Positions 24,313 through 36,308 of a DNA stretch of 64,000 bases are shown here, in pieces (the stretch's first letter is position 1; every line of letters begins with the position of its first letter). The notes beneath the pieces were generated by a model, which was given only the letters and a program-made list of their open reading frames with translations, did no database searches and was not told the DNA's origin. Source of the DNA: Asterias rubens (taxonomy: Eukaryota); NCBI RefSeq assembly GCF_902459465.1, contig NC_047066.1, positions 5,766,001 through 5,830,000 on the forward strand, written 5' to 3'. Both the position numbers and the translations under genes were made by a program.

Positions 24313-24766
24313 CTTTTTTTGACAAACCAAACACTATCATGCATTATGCATAGCATGAGAGAAAGGACCCACAAACAAACTTCCCGTAGGCAGCGTGTTT
24401 TGGGGTGGGCGGGGCATAAGGGGACCTTTAGCTTTGTAACAATGGCGAGATTTCATCAGAAGAGGGCGTTTATCACCATTTTACAGTTCCACAAAAACAT
24501 AAATTTTACATTTCTTTATGGAAAATGACATTGGCAATCATCTCGGATCCTTTTTTTTTTTTTTTTTTTCCAGACAAAAAGTTTCCCAACCAGTCAGTTT
24601 TTAGTTCTGTGTGGTGACGCATGAGTGCTTGTGTTTCTGCGGTCTGCTGTCGGTCACATATCGCTGCATGGTATTTGCGCATGCGTTTTCAGCACTTCGA
24701 CGTGACGGCCATTTTTCGTTCCTTGTCTTTTCCGGTTACTTTGTTCTACATTTTCATTTGCTGACA

Positions 24767-27700
24767 ATGGCGACCACTGCTGCTGCAATGTTACTGAAGA
24801 AACAACTACAAGGTAAACCTAAGACGTTACTCTATACCCTACGATTCTGTTCGATTATGAGTGTCCTGCCCTGTGATTTTACCATGAAAATGTGACGCCT
24901 TGTTTGCTTCGTGGATATTTTTGTGTTGGTACATGTACGTGCTAATTTTGCATGATGACGAACTGAATACCAAAAAGTGGTTTGCTCGTGACGACGTTTT
25001 CAATCAGTCATCATTGAACGTCATAATTATGTCACCGATGAATTTACGTGGAAACATTTGTGTTTTCGTTGTTTATTCATTTAAAATACAATCCTAATAA
25101 TAAACTACTAAAGGGGTTGGATTAAAGCCATTGGACCCTTTCGGTACAGAAAAAAAAAAAAGTTCACAGATTTACAAATAACTTGCAGGGTTTACAACAG
25201 GTAATGGTGAAAGACTTCTCTTGAAATATTAGTCCATGATATGCTTTACTTTTTGAGAAAACGGTAAAACAATATAAATTCTCATTAGCGAGAATTACGG
25301 ATTTGTTATAAACACAATGTCATGACACGGCGAAACGCGCGAAAACAGGAGTGGGTTTTCCCGTTATTTTCTCACGACTCCGATGTCGGATTGAGCCTAA
25401 ACATTATTTTGTCTTTTGCTGGCCAAGCCTAGCGAGAGTTATTAGAGAATTATTAATTGGGTACAGGATGGGGATGAATATAACCATCATATAAATGCAA
25501 TTGTCAATGTTTGCGATCAGTCGTTTTGACGATTGCATTGCTTTCGACTGTTGGCAGTAGATTAAAGCTGTGTTAAAAATCAACATTTCTTGGATGGGAT
25601 TCGAACCCATGACCTTTGCCATTCTAGAGCAGATGCCTTACCTCAAGACCACCGAGATTACCCGGTAACTAGAGGCTGTACAAATATACTATTGTTCTAA
25701 TCTACTCTAGTATAGTATAGTATGGCAAAAAGGTCATGGGTTCGAATCTCACTTGAGTAATTTTTAAGATGTCATTTTTTATTTTATTTTTGTCCTTTCA
25801 GAGTTTGAAAGTAAAGGAGGAACAGACGGTTTTTCAGCGGGATTAAGTGACGATGATAATCTCTTCAGATGGGAAGTTATTGTCTACGGTCCGTCTGAAA
25901 CTTTCTTGTAAGTAGGAGAAAAGAAAAGAGTTGCTCTGAAAACTCATCTTTTCAAGATGTTTTTCTTTAACTCATACATAATTTTGTTGCTTTCCATTGT
26001 TAATTATTGCATGGTTTCCCTATTTGTTATTTTTTCTTCTTTTTCACTGGTTACATTGTATTGTTTATTTAAATATATCTGTGCCTTAAACATCTCTTAG
26101 GCCATGTCCGAAACGACGACTTTGGCTACAGCTACGTCTAGATCAGTGCGTCTACCAGTGTTGAAGGTACCTGTAGTCGAAGTCGCCATTTCCGAAACGG
26201 CCTTAGTTTGATATGGCGCATTACAAATAGGCTAATTACAAATGCCTATTATTTAATTTTTATTAAGAATCCTGAACATTATATTTTAAAACTTTGGTGA
26301 CATATCAAGATCAAAAGTATGTTCCTTAATTTTGTTCTATTTTCCGATCTCTTTGTTTTACTGTGACTAGCCTCCTGGGCCCAAGTTCATAAAGCTGTTT
26401 GGCAGAATACTGCTCGACATTTTTTCTTTGCTAAGCAATTATTGCGTGGGGCACTAGTTACCCAATGCACTCTTAATGTAATTGTGGCTGGTAAACTGTT
26501 TCTGCTAAGCAAGACTGTCATGCGCTTAGCAAGTTTTTGTGCTTTGACAGGCTTTATGAAATTGGGTCCTGAGCACAATGTGGATTTGTGTGCTTTATAA
26601 AACTTTGTTATACTAAATATATAATTGTTGTATATTAATTCATCTGATATTCTCTGATTGATCAGTCATGTTATTCTTAAACTGTTATTCAAGGCTAGAG
26701 CCGTATGAATTTTTTCATGCCCTTTAATCATCATATAATTCTTTCATATTTGATTAAAGTATGCATTGCCATTTTGTTTTACATTTATCTTGTAATTTTT
26801 TTGTCTGCGTTAAAATGTTTTTTGTTTTTTTCTTTTCTTTTGACTTTTCTCTGCTTTAAGTCTCATTGATATTGTGATTTATTTATTATTCAAATTTAAC
26901 TGCTACTTTACCATTGTAATTTTTTTATTTCAGTATGTAAATTCCCCTTCCTCCCAAACTCCTCAAGGAAATAGGAAATGTTTTTACTTGTAGTCATGGT
27001 GGCACAGTTTAAGTCTGTTCTTCCGGCGTTAGTAATGTTGGCAATGTTATGCCCGTAGTACAAATAACCTAATTAACAATTTATTTAATTCCAACATGTA
27101 AGTAAACACATTTTATTAAAGAATATTTTATAAGGTACATGAAACTTTGTAGAAAGGGACTAAGTGATTAAATGCACCTTCTTGTATATTCTTCACTATA
27201 CCTGAGTAGTTGTAATAGAAGCCCGATACTGAAGGGTGTACTTTCCAAGTTTTTTGTGCTTGAGGCAAAACAAAAACCCAAGTCTCAAACTCCTTATTTA
27301 TTTATTTGTTCCCACAGTGAGGGAGGTTTCTTCAAGGCAGAGTTGGTTTTTCCTGAGAACTTCCCGAACAGACCACCCAAGATGAAGTTTCTGACTGACA
27401 TGTGGCATCCAAACAGTTAGTACACAACAGTACCCACTCTAGAGCGTTTTCTGCTAAGCAGGAAAGCGGTCCCTGATAGTACTGTGATAAGTTTAACATT
27501 TTGGCTGGTTGTGATGTTATTCTGTCATGTCAAGTGTGGTAGTGGCGGACACTGTATAGCAGTGCACTGACAGCACTGTTGGGTTTGGGTTTATGGAGAT
27601 ATAGTGAGAGATTTCACATAATTTTAGAAATGATAATTTCTACACAAAACCAAGTATTGTATCAATGAGTCCCACTTGCTAAGCACAAATTTGTCGAGTA

Positions 27701-29193
27701 ATATTTGTCTGCTTTAGTAGGTCTATGAAACTAGCCCCTGAACCCAATTGTGTAGAGCTGATGAAACACAAAAAGTATGGACACTTTATAGTAGTGCATT
27801 GTTTGCTTCGGGGTGTATACAGATTGTTTTACCTAAACCTAATGTATGGTGTCATATGTGTCCACAATTATCTCCAAATGGATGGTATAAAAAACAACGT
27901 GTTATGTACGTGTTTCATTAGAAATGTCTGTAAATTAAATGGATTGTTTATTTTTCAAATTTCTCATTTGCAGTTGCAAAGAACGGTGACGTATGTATTT
28001 CAATTCTGCACGAGCCAGGAGATGACAAATGGGGCTACGAGACGGCATCCGAGCGCTGGCGCCCGGTACACAGCATAGAATCCATCCTCATCAGTGTAAT
28101 ATCAATGCTATCGAATCCTAATGACGAGTCACCGGCTAATGTTGATGCAGGGGTGAGTGCCACTTTGTATGTAGGGTTCATGAAAGTCAATTCAAGCCCT
28201 TGTACGCCTCTCTTAATATTCATGCATGACGTCATAATTCTTGCCAAAAATGAGGCCATAGGCGCACATCTGCCACCACTTGCAGTGGCTGCGCCCATGA
28301 CCTCGTTTTGGGCTAGAATTGTGACGTACTCCCCTCTCACCGCCCCTCCCCTCCCCATATGACATAAAAAAATACACAAATGAATAGTTCAACACATAAA
28401 ATAGCTGTTTAGGTCATTGGTAATTTTTATTCTATTTTCTCCTTTAGATTGTTAACAGTCTCGTTGCCCAAACCTTATTCTTTAACCATACAAATTCAAC
28501 TGCATCTTCAAGAATGTAGACTTGGTCAATCATGGTACTTTGTTGTGAAAGTGTCAGAAACAGTTTAATTTTGTTACCAGTTTCTCAACTTTGGTGACCT
28601 GGGGTGGATTTCACTAAGAGTCCAGACTAGTCTTATCTCGGTTTAGAATGAGTTACTCTTCCTAACTTAGGACCAGCCGTTAGTTTTTAATAACTCTTAA
28701 AGAGTCCTATGACTAGTCCTAAGTTAGGACTATCTTTGTGAAATCGACCTCTTGGGTGGATTTCACAAAGAGTAAAGACAAGTCTTATCTCGAGTTAGGA
28801 CGAGTTACTCATCCTAACTTAGGACTACCCTTGTGTTTTTAATATCCCCTAGGACTAGTCCTAAGTTAGGACTAGTCTTAACTCTTTGTGAAATCGACCC
28901 CTGGACACTCTTTGTTATTTTTACCGTATGGGTTGTGCGTTTTGACTGTATGGGTGTGTGGCCATCAGGCGTATTACATATTTTTTATGTTGGATTTGTT
29001 TCTTGCTTGTTTGTAAATTTGCTTGTACATTTCCTTCCTTTTATTTTGAGGTTTTGTCTGCAATGAAATAAATAACGAAGTACTCCCATACTTAATTTGT
29101 CTCACCATTCAGAAAGAATGGAGGGAAGACTACAACGGCGCCTTCAAGAGGAACGTTCTTCAGACAGTTAAAAAAAGCCAGCAACTATTATAG
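24767..29193 (+). CDS. UBE2G1: Ubiquitin-conjugating enzyme E2 G1 (Ubc7-type), 5 exons, 169 aa
   Basis: Exons 24767-24812, 25802-25907, 27318-27415, 27974-28152 and 29113-29193, all GT-AG with matching phases (510 nt). Contains WHPN, the active-site [10 protein letters not shown], the acidic loop [16 protein letters not shown] and C-terminal KEWREDYNG. Confidence 0.95.
28600..28885. mobile_element. Two tandem copies of a GGGTGGATTTCAC..GTGAAATCGACC MITE
   Basis: Each copy of about 140 bp is built around TAGGACTAGTCCTAAGTTAGGAC palindromes; in UBE2G1 intron 4. A fragment also lies at about 52660-52725. Confidence 0.75.
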
Positions 29194-30396
29194 TGGGTCT
29201 GTAGAAAGGATGCAGTGTGGTGAGTAGTCTCTAAACACCAAATCATATCGTTGCGTAGCTGGAAAAACGTTGTATCTCAATTTGGCAAAAAGTGTTGTAC
29301 AGACTTTCTCAAAAAAGTGCTGAGCAAAAATACTGTAATTTCAGCGCGTACTTGTTTTGTGTGTACACCCAGACTGTTTTAAAGGGTTTTGAGACCTTTT
29401 GTAAATCAAGTTTTTGACCATGACATGAATCCCTACCCACTGTGAATGATGATGTATGTAATATAATCCACCTGTAGAAGTTCAGCTTCATTTGTCGTCA
29501 AGTTTTTTTGAAGAAAAAAAAGAGTGAAAATCACAGAGCAGTGTTTTCAGGAGAGTTGCGTAAATACGTTGTACATGCTTAAATAATGTTTGTCTCACTG
29601 AAACGAAACTTATTTTTCTGACATTGTTTTACACATTTCTCAAAAACTACAGCACCTCAGGAAGTAATACTTTAAAGGGAAGTTTACTACCATCAGTTTA
29701 ATGTAAATCTGTTGTGTTTTGTGTCGTACAAAAAGTACCCAAACCCTTTAAGCAAGAAACAATGTTCTGACTGTTTCAAACATGCGTAGAATAAAAGTGC
29801 CATTATAGGAGATACCAAACTTTTTGCACTGACATCGATATTAATCCTCAATTCCAAGATGATAACAATAAAAAGTAAAATATACAAAAGAAAACAGAAA
29901 TTCAAACAACTTGCATTTACTTACGATTTACTTTCACTCCCTCTTCCAGTAGATTTATGCAGTGTTGTATTTTAATTATGTTTTTTTCCTTAACTATATT
30001 TAAGTGTCAACAATTTCTGTCTGTGTTATTTTTTCTTCAGATTTCAGAGAGACACTTTTTCTTTGGATGTTTGATCTGAGCAACAACGTTACATCCAAGG
30101 AAGTCGTTCTTGAAAACAGAAAAGAAACTTGTCAAGATTTGAAAAACATTTTATGCAAAGTGAGCGAAAGAAAGAAACATACAGACTCACACACGACTCG
30201 ATCAGGATTTGTCTCGATCGACGAACCAGAGGTGACAACTCTTTGTTTGTCTCATGTTGTTAAAAGGAAGAAGAAAAATAAAAAAACTGACGTTATATTA
30301 AAAAAAAAAAATAAAAAAAAAAAATGCAAGATGGAGAGTCTTCAAAATCATGTCTGAGATGTTTTGTGCGGTAAATGGTCTTGAGAGTAGTCGGCG

Positions 30397-30540
30397 CCAG
30401 AGAGATTGTCGCTCCAGAGAGATTGTCGCTCCAGAGAGATTGTCGCTCCAGAGAGATTGTCGCTCCAGAGAGATTGTCGCTCCAGAGAGATTGTCGCTCC
30501 AGAGAGATTGTCGCTCCAGAGAGATTGTCGCTCCAGAGAG
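30397..30540. repeat. 17-bp minisatellite, about 8.5 units
   Basis: Perfect CCAGAGAGATTGTCGCT repeats, followed by three 21-bp units (ATGCCAGGAGGTTTTGGCAAG-like) at about 30569-30625. Confidence 0.97.
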
Positions 30541-33500
30541 GAACGGCGGTGTTGTAAATATTAGCAGGATGCCCAGGAGGTTTTGGCAAGATGCCAGGAA
30601 GCTTTGGCAAAATGCCAGGAGGCTACGCTGTCATCGATGTCATCGTCGTAAATCAAGCAAATCCAAAAAGATGGTCAGGCCAAATCAATGTGAAGTCGAC
30701 AAGAGCTCTCTAATTTTGTTCGCACTGATGTCAAGGTTGGAAAATTTGCCGTCAAAAGAGCGGAAATAATATGCGTGTCTAAGGTGATGTGTGTGCGTTT
30801 GAGTAACAGCGGAGAGAAATGCAATCACGAGTACAAGGTGGTTTCTCTTCTTAACAGTTTAGAGGGGAGGGGGTTTTGGGTAGAAGCCAGGGCCCAATTT
30901 CATAAAGCTGTTTATCAGAGAATACTGCTTAGCAAATTGATATGCTAACCAAAAATGGGTGGGGCAACAATGTAAACTTTATGGACTTTTGGCTGGTAAC
31001 CAGTTTCTGCTAAGCAATATTTGTCTGTGCTTAGCAAGTTTGTTATGCTTACAGGCTTTATAAAATTGGTCCCAGGACCTGATTTCATAAAACTGTGCAG
31101 GAAACCAGTTTTGAGTTTTGTATATTAGGTGGTACTTATAAAGTTTCGATATTGATTATTTTGAAAGGCCCCATAGGGTTAACTCACTTCTTAAGGCTGG
31201 TTTATAGTCAGTCACGCGATGGTCATGCGATGGAAATCTTGACGCGCGATCCTAAAAACACAGTTTATAGTTATCCCTGAGGGGCGATGTTTTTTTTATG
31301 ATCGCCCTCAAGATTTCTATCATGCGACCATCCCGACAAACTGGCCTTTAGTAGCAGCAAATCAGAGGAGCCCAATTTTATGGCTCTGCTTACCCTGGTG
31401 TTCTCCGCTTTCACCCCATAGAATTGTGTGCTGTACAGGCACTGTAATTCCGTAATTCCATGGTATGCAGAGCCAGGAAATTGAACCCAGATTGTAGGGA
31501 AAACACTTGCAATAGCATTGCACAGTTCAATTTTTGCCTAGATCCTTTGCTGTGTTTTGAATTTACGTTTCCATTGTTTGACTTCGGTGATGGCGGCCAG
31601 GGTTACACTAGATCTGTCATGCCTGGATCATTTTCATTTTGCAAAGGGCACTTCCATTTAGCCTTTTTTTAGAAATGGTGGACACTATCGATATGCACTC
31701 AGTGGTTTGGGTGTATACAGACAATTAACTCAAACCGAATGTCATAGTATTTTGTTAACCATAATAATAAAATCCTTTTTTTTTTTTTGGAAAATCTTTG
31801 TGAAGCTTTTGAAAGGGGAACCAGTGCAATGGAGACCATTCCTTCATGAAAATGCAGCCACTTCCACATGTTCATCTTGGCATCATAACTTTCTGAAAAA
31901 CAGTTTTTCAAAATTAACCGTTTTTTTATATTGGGGACATGACAACCATCCGGATTTACAGTGGCATAGAATGAAAAGGATGTTATTATGTAAAGTTGAG
32001 AAAAAGGAATGGAGAATTTCTGCTCAATAAATAGATATTGTGTACAAACTGTTTCGAGTTGGGTTGGCTGGAGAACTTAGGCCGAATCCGAATTGGCGGC
32101 TATGGCTAGGGCTACGGCTGTTGCTAAGGGTGTTGCTATACCTCAATGCATGGTGATGTGGAAATCTAGCCGTAGCCGTAGCTGTAGCCGCTAATTTGAA
32201 CACGGCCTTAGAATGCATGTTGACATAGTGTGCCTATTGGCTGTGGAATCTCAGGAACTTAAAGAAAATTCACAGTAAAACCCGGTTCATACTTCCTGCG
32301 AATGCAAATGCGAAGCGAATTTTTACATCACATGGCTGTTTTCGCATCAAATATTTCGCAGGAGTTGGAACAGTTCAACTGTTGCGAATTATACATTACG
32401 AATTGGTGACGTCACAATTTGTATCACATTTGCATATGCAGGGAGTACGAACCAGGCTTAAGAGACGGCATTATACTGCTTCTATATAAAGTGTACATTA
32501 TTACAGGAGACCACTCCGACAAGATAACATGGTGTAAATAAATAGCATTTGGTACCCCCTTTCGGATTAATTAATATTTTGTTTAATTCCAAATGTTTAC
32601 GTTGTCTTTTAGAATTGATTTATACAACCAGTCTTGCTTGTCAGCAGGTCACTAGTTAGTGTGCATGGGCCTTGTCACCTGAGGCAACTTTTACATGCTT
32701 CAGGACCACTTTGGTAGCACATGAGTCAGTTTTCCAACAATGTCTCACAATCCCCCAAAATAGTATGTGAACATTCAAATGTGAATGGATTCTCTTGTTG
32801 GAGATTGCCTGGAACTGGTTGCCTGTAAATTGTCTCGTGTGACAAGACCCATGAGTCATCTTTGTTTGATGCGCAGAGTTCCACACTTTCTCAAAAAAGC
32901 TACATCAGTATAAAAAGCTTGCGAACTTGTACATGTCCAAAAGATTTTGGTTGCACAATGGCTTCCAAATAATATGTAATAAACAAATTCACCCGTTTAA
33001 CGTTCTGTACTTTGTTCACTCCGCTACATGCACACAACTAGTATAGACTATGTGACGCATGACAGCACATGTTGACAAAGGCCAATCTGGGTCAAAGGTT
33101 GGCAGGCAGAAAGGTTGCACAGCCAGGGTCCAGAGAAAGGAAATTATAACAAAAACACTCAGTGCAGACGCTGGTGTATTTGTGTTATATGTAAATCCAG
33201 TGTTGTTTTCAAGTAATTTGCGGTTGAATTCAACATTGAAAAAGTTACAAGAGCAGGACTTGAACCTTCGACCTCCAGGTTAATGAGCCGGTGCGCTACC
33301 AACTATTGCGGTTAAAATGGACAACCCAAAAAATACTAGAAGACTTGGACCTGTGACCTAATAAATTTGAGCTATGTAGCCCGATCTTGGCGGTCTCCCA
33401 ATGTTTTATTTTCAACAACTGATGTTATGTGTACAGATGATTAAGAAGGGAACCTTTTTTTAAATAATCACAATAATACGTAGATGCTACTCAGTTGCAA

Positions 33501-35052
33501 AGCCTTAGAAGGAAACGTGCGGCCCTTGATGGCTTCTATGTAAGCAATACGAATCACACACTGTAAAGCCAAGTTGTAGTCGGTTGCACGATGGTCGCTC
33601 CATGGAAATCTTGACCCTCGATCATATGAAGACCCAGTTTTTACTGGCCTCAGCGATGACAATAAACTGTTTTTTTACGATTGCGCGACAAGATTTCCAT
33701 CGCATCCTGCGACCGACTATAAACCTGCTTTAACATGGTGCCATAACCACAAAATTCTGTGGTAAGCAGAGCTGTGCCCAGATTAAAACGTTTTGCGAAA
33801 TTGGCCCCATGAAGCTCTAAATGTCAAACTCTTCAAGAATGAAGGCCCACTTCTCAAATAATGGGGGACTTTTCGGGATGCTGGGTCGCAGCAGACTTGA
33901 ATCCATTGTTCTCGCAAATACGCACATGCTCAGAACTGCGTAAACAATGGACCCTTCCCATGAAATATGCTAATCACATTTACGCATGCGTACAGACCCT
34001 GTTGGTTGGCAAACCCCATAGAGTTGTGCACTAAGCAAACGCGCAATCGCGTCTGGGTCACGCATCCATTGTTGAGATGTTCCCTCATTTTGCCAACCAA
34101 AACGTTAGTGCCCACAATGTGCAATTAACATAATTTCATGGGAAGGGTCTATTAAGATTTACCTCGCAAGTCTGCTAACACCTAGAGTTCAAAATTCTCC
34201 AATTGAACATCCAATTATTGTGCTACAAGTATGTCGGGGCCTTTTCAAGGGTTTGTCTGTTCTAATTGTTGTTTCATAATTTGTAAGTAGTAAGATTGAC
34301 AGTTACTAGCTTTTGTAAAAAAAAAAAATTTAAAAAAAATAATACGTTTAAATTTACCAGTAATGAACACTTTTAAGGTTAAAAGGATTACGAACAAATA
34401 GACAAAAAGTATTAGATTGTTTGTTTTTATTATGATAAGTTTTAGAATCAATGAGTTAAATTCACTGCCCGGAAAAATGTTCACTGTTTTGTGGCACTTT
34501 TACAGACATGCTTCAGTTGAAGAAGTGATGAATGTATTCCGACACCCCTATGTTTCGATAACCATGTGTTTTGTAAAACCCCTGATGATTTACATGCTGG
34601 TGTTATGAAAGGGTTAGGGTTTATACACTAGGGGTGTCGGAACATGGTGTTGGAACACAGATGGCGAGACATAGGGATGTCAGAACTTTGTGGTGTAAAG
34701 ATTTGGCCCTTGTTGTGGCCAAGCCTTCAGACATCTATTTGAAATGATGCAGAGGGGCTGTTAACCTCTACAACTTCACATCTTGCAATTATTTTGGCTT
34801 TTCTCCACACAAAAGGGACCCTTTATCAAAATTCACACAATCTCATATTTTTATTTCTTTGAGAAATATTGCTTGCTGAATGTTTGCAGAAAGCACTAGC
34901 TAGCAATGCAATATTTATTACTCCCTGGGCCCACACTTGCTCTCCGGTGGCCTCAATCCTCCATTATCCTCCATTCTTCACACCAACATTGTTTGGACTG
35001 GGATGCGATTGGTATGTTTAGCCCAGTGAGAAGCAATTGTTTTGGGCCTTAA

Positions 35053-35427
35053 AGACACTGGACACTATTGGTAATTGTCAAAGACCAGTCTTCTCACTTG
35101 CTGTATCTCAACATATGCATAAAATAACAAACCTGTGAAAATTTCAGCGCAATCGGTCATCGAAGTTGCGAGATAATGAAAGAAAAAACACCCTTGTCAC
35201 ACGAAGTTGTGTGCTTTCTATGCTTGATTTTGAGACCTCAAGTTCTAAATCTGAGGTCTCGAAATCAAATTCGTGGAAAAATTGCTTCTTGCTCGAAAAC
35301 TACATTACTTCAGAGGGAGCAGTTTCTCACAATGTGTTATACTATCAACCTCTCCCCATTAGTCGTTTCCAAGTACGTTTTTATGCTAAAAAATATTTTG
35401 AGTAATTACCGATAGTGTCCACTGCCT
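35053..35427. mobile_element. Family A MITE copy
   Basis: TTAA|AGACACTGGACACTATTGG ... GTGTCCACTGCCT|TTAA. Confidence 0.9.
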
Positions 35428-36308
35428 TTAAAGTCCTCAATCCTCCACTATCAGAAAACATCCCGAAGATGATTTTGGAGGGTATGGGTTTTTCTCTGTA
35501 AAATGAAACCAGAACATTTTACTGTGTGTGTGTTTATAAATTCTTCACAGCTTTCTTGAAACTGTATGGAAAGTTGATTGGAATAGATGTACTCTTTAAA
35601 GAACAATCCTTTAAAGCTGATGATTTCTTATATATACATCTTACAGGTATCCGACCCGAAGCGAATCTTGCTTCGGAGATGATTTATAACCCATTCTTGT
35701 AAAATCATAATTGAGAGATGTATAATTAAAAAGGTTGTTTTGACACAAAATATATCTTATCAGTTCATCGACTTTTTACTATTGTCTTAAGTCTTTTGTC
35801 AGAGCGGACACAGAAAAGCCTGTGCCCAAATTAAAACAAAATTATAACTTAATTTGCTTCAGATCCTCCTCCCCCCAATCACAGTGGATTGTTTTGTCAA
35901 CAGTTACCAGGTTGTTGCCCTGCCCCATAGCCCTTCTAAACAATGCCTTACACATGATTAGTTGATTTTTGAAATTCATACCAGAAGTGAGTCAAATTGT
36001 TTTATATATTTTTGTCAAACTTAAAAGCAATGTATTATTTTGGTTTAACCCTTATTAATACAATGTGTACATGTATTCGGTACTTTCCTAGGTTCTGTAA
36101 AAAAAATCACCGGCATGTTACTCGGATGGGATTCGATCTCACGACCTTTGCCAATTAAACAATCCGTTAAAGCATTTGTTTTGTTATCATGAGTACTGGG
36201 TTTGAAAATTAGTGTATAGTGAAGTACTGGTTTGTGTAACATCTATCATGATCGACAACCAACCCAACCCAACCCAGTGCGGCTGACCTCGACAACAGTC
36301 ACACTTTG

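Noticed and set aside
30397-30540. CRISPR-like regular repeat
   Set aside because: Head-to-tail 17-mers with no spacers, in a eukaryotic context.
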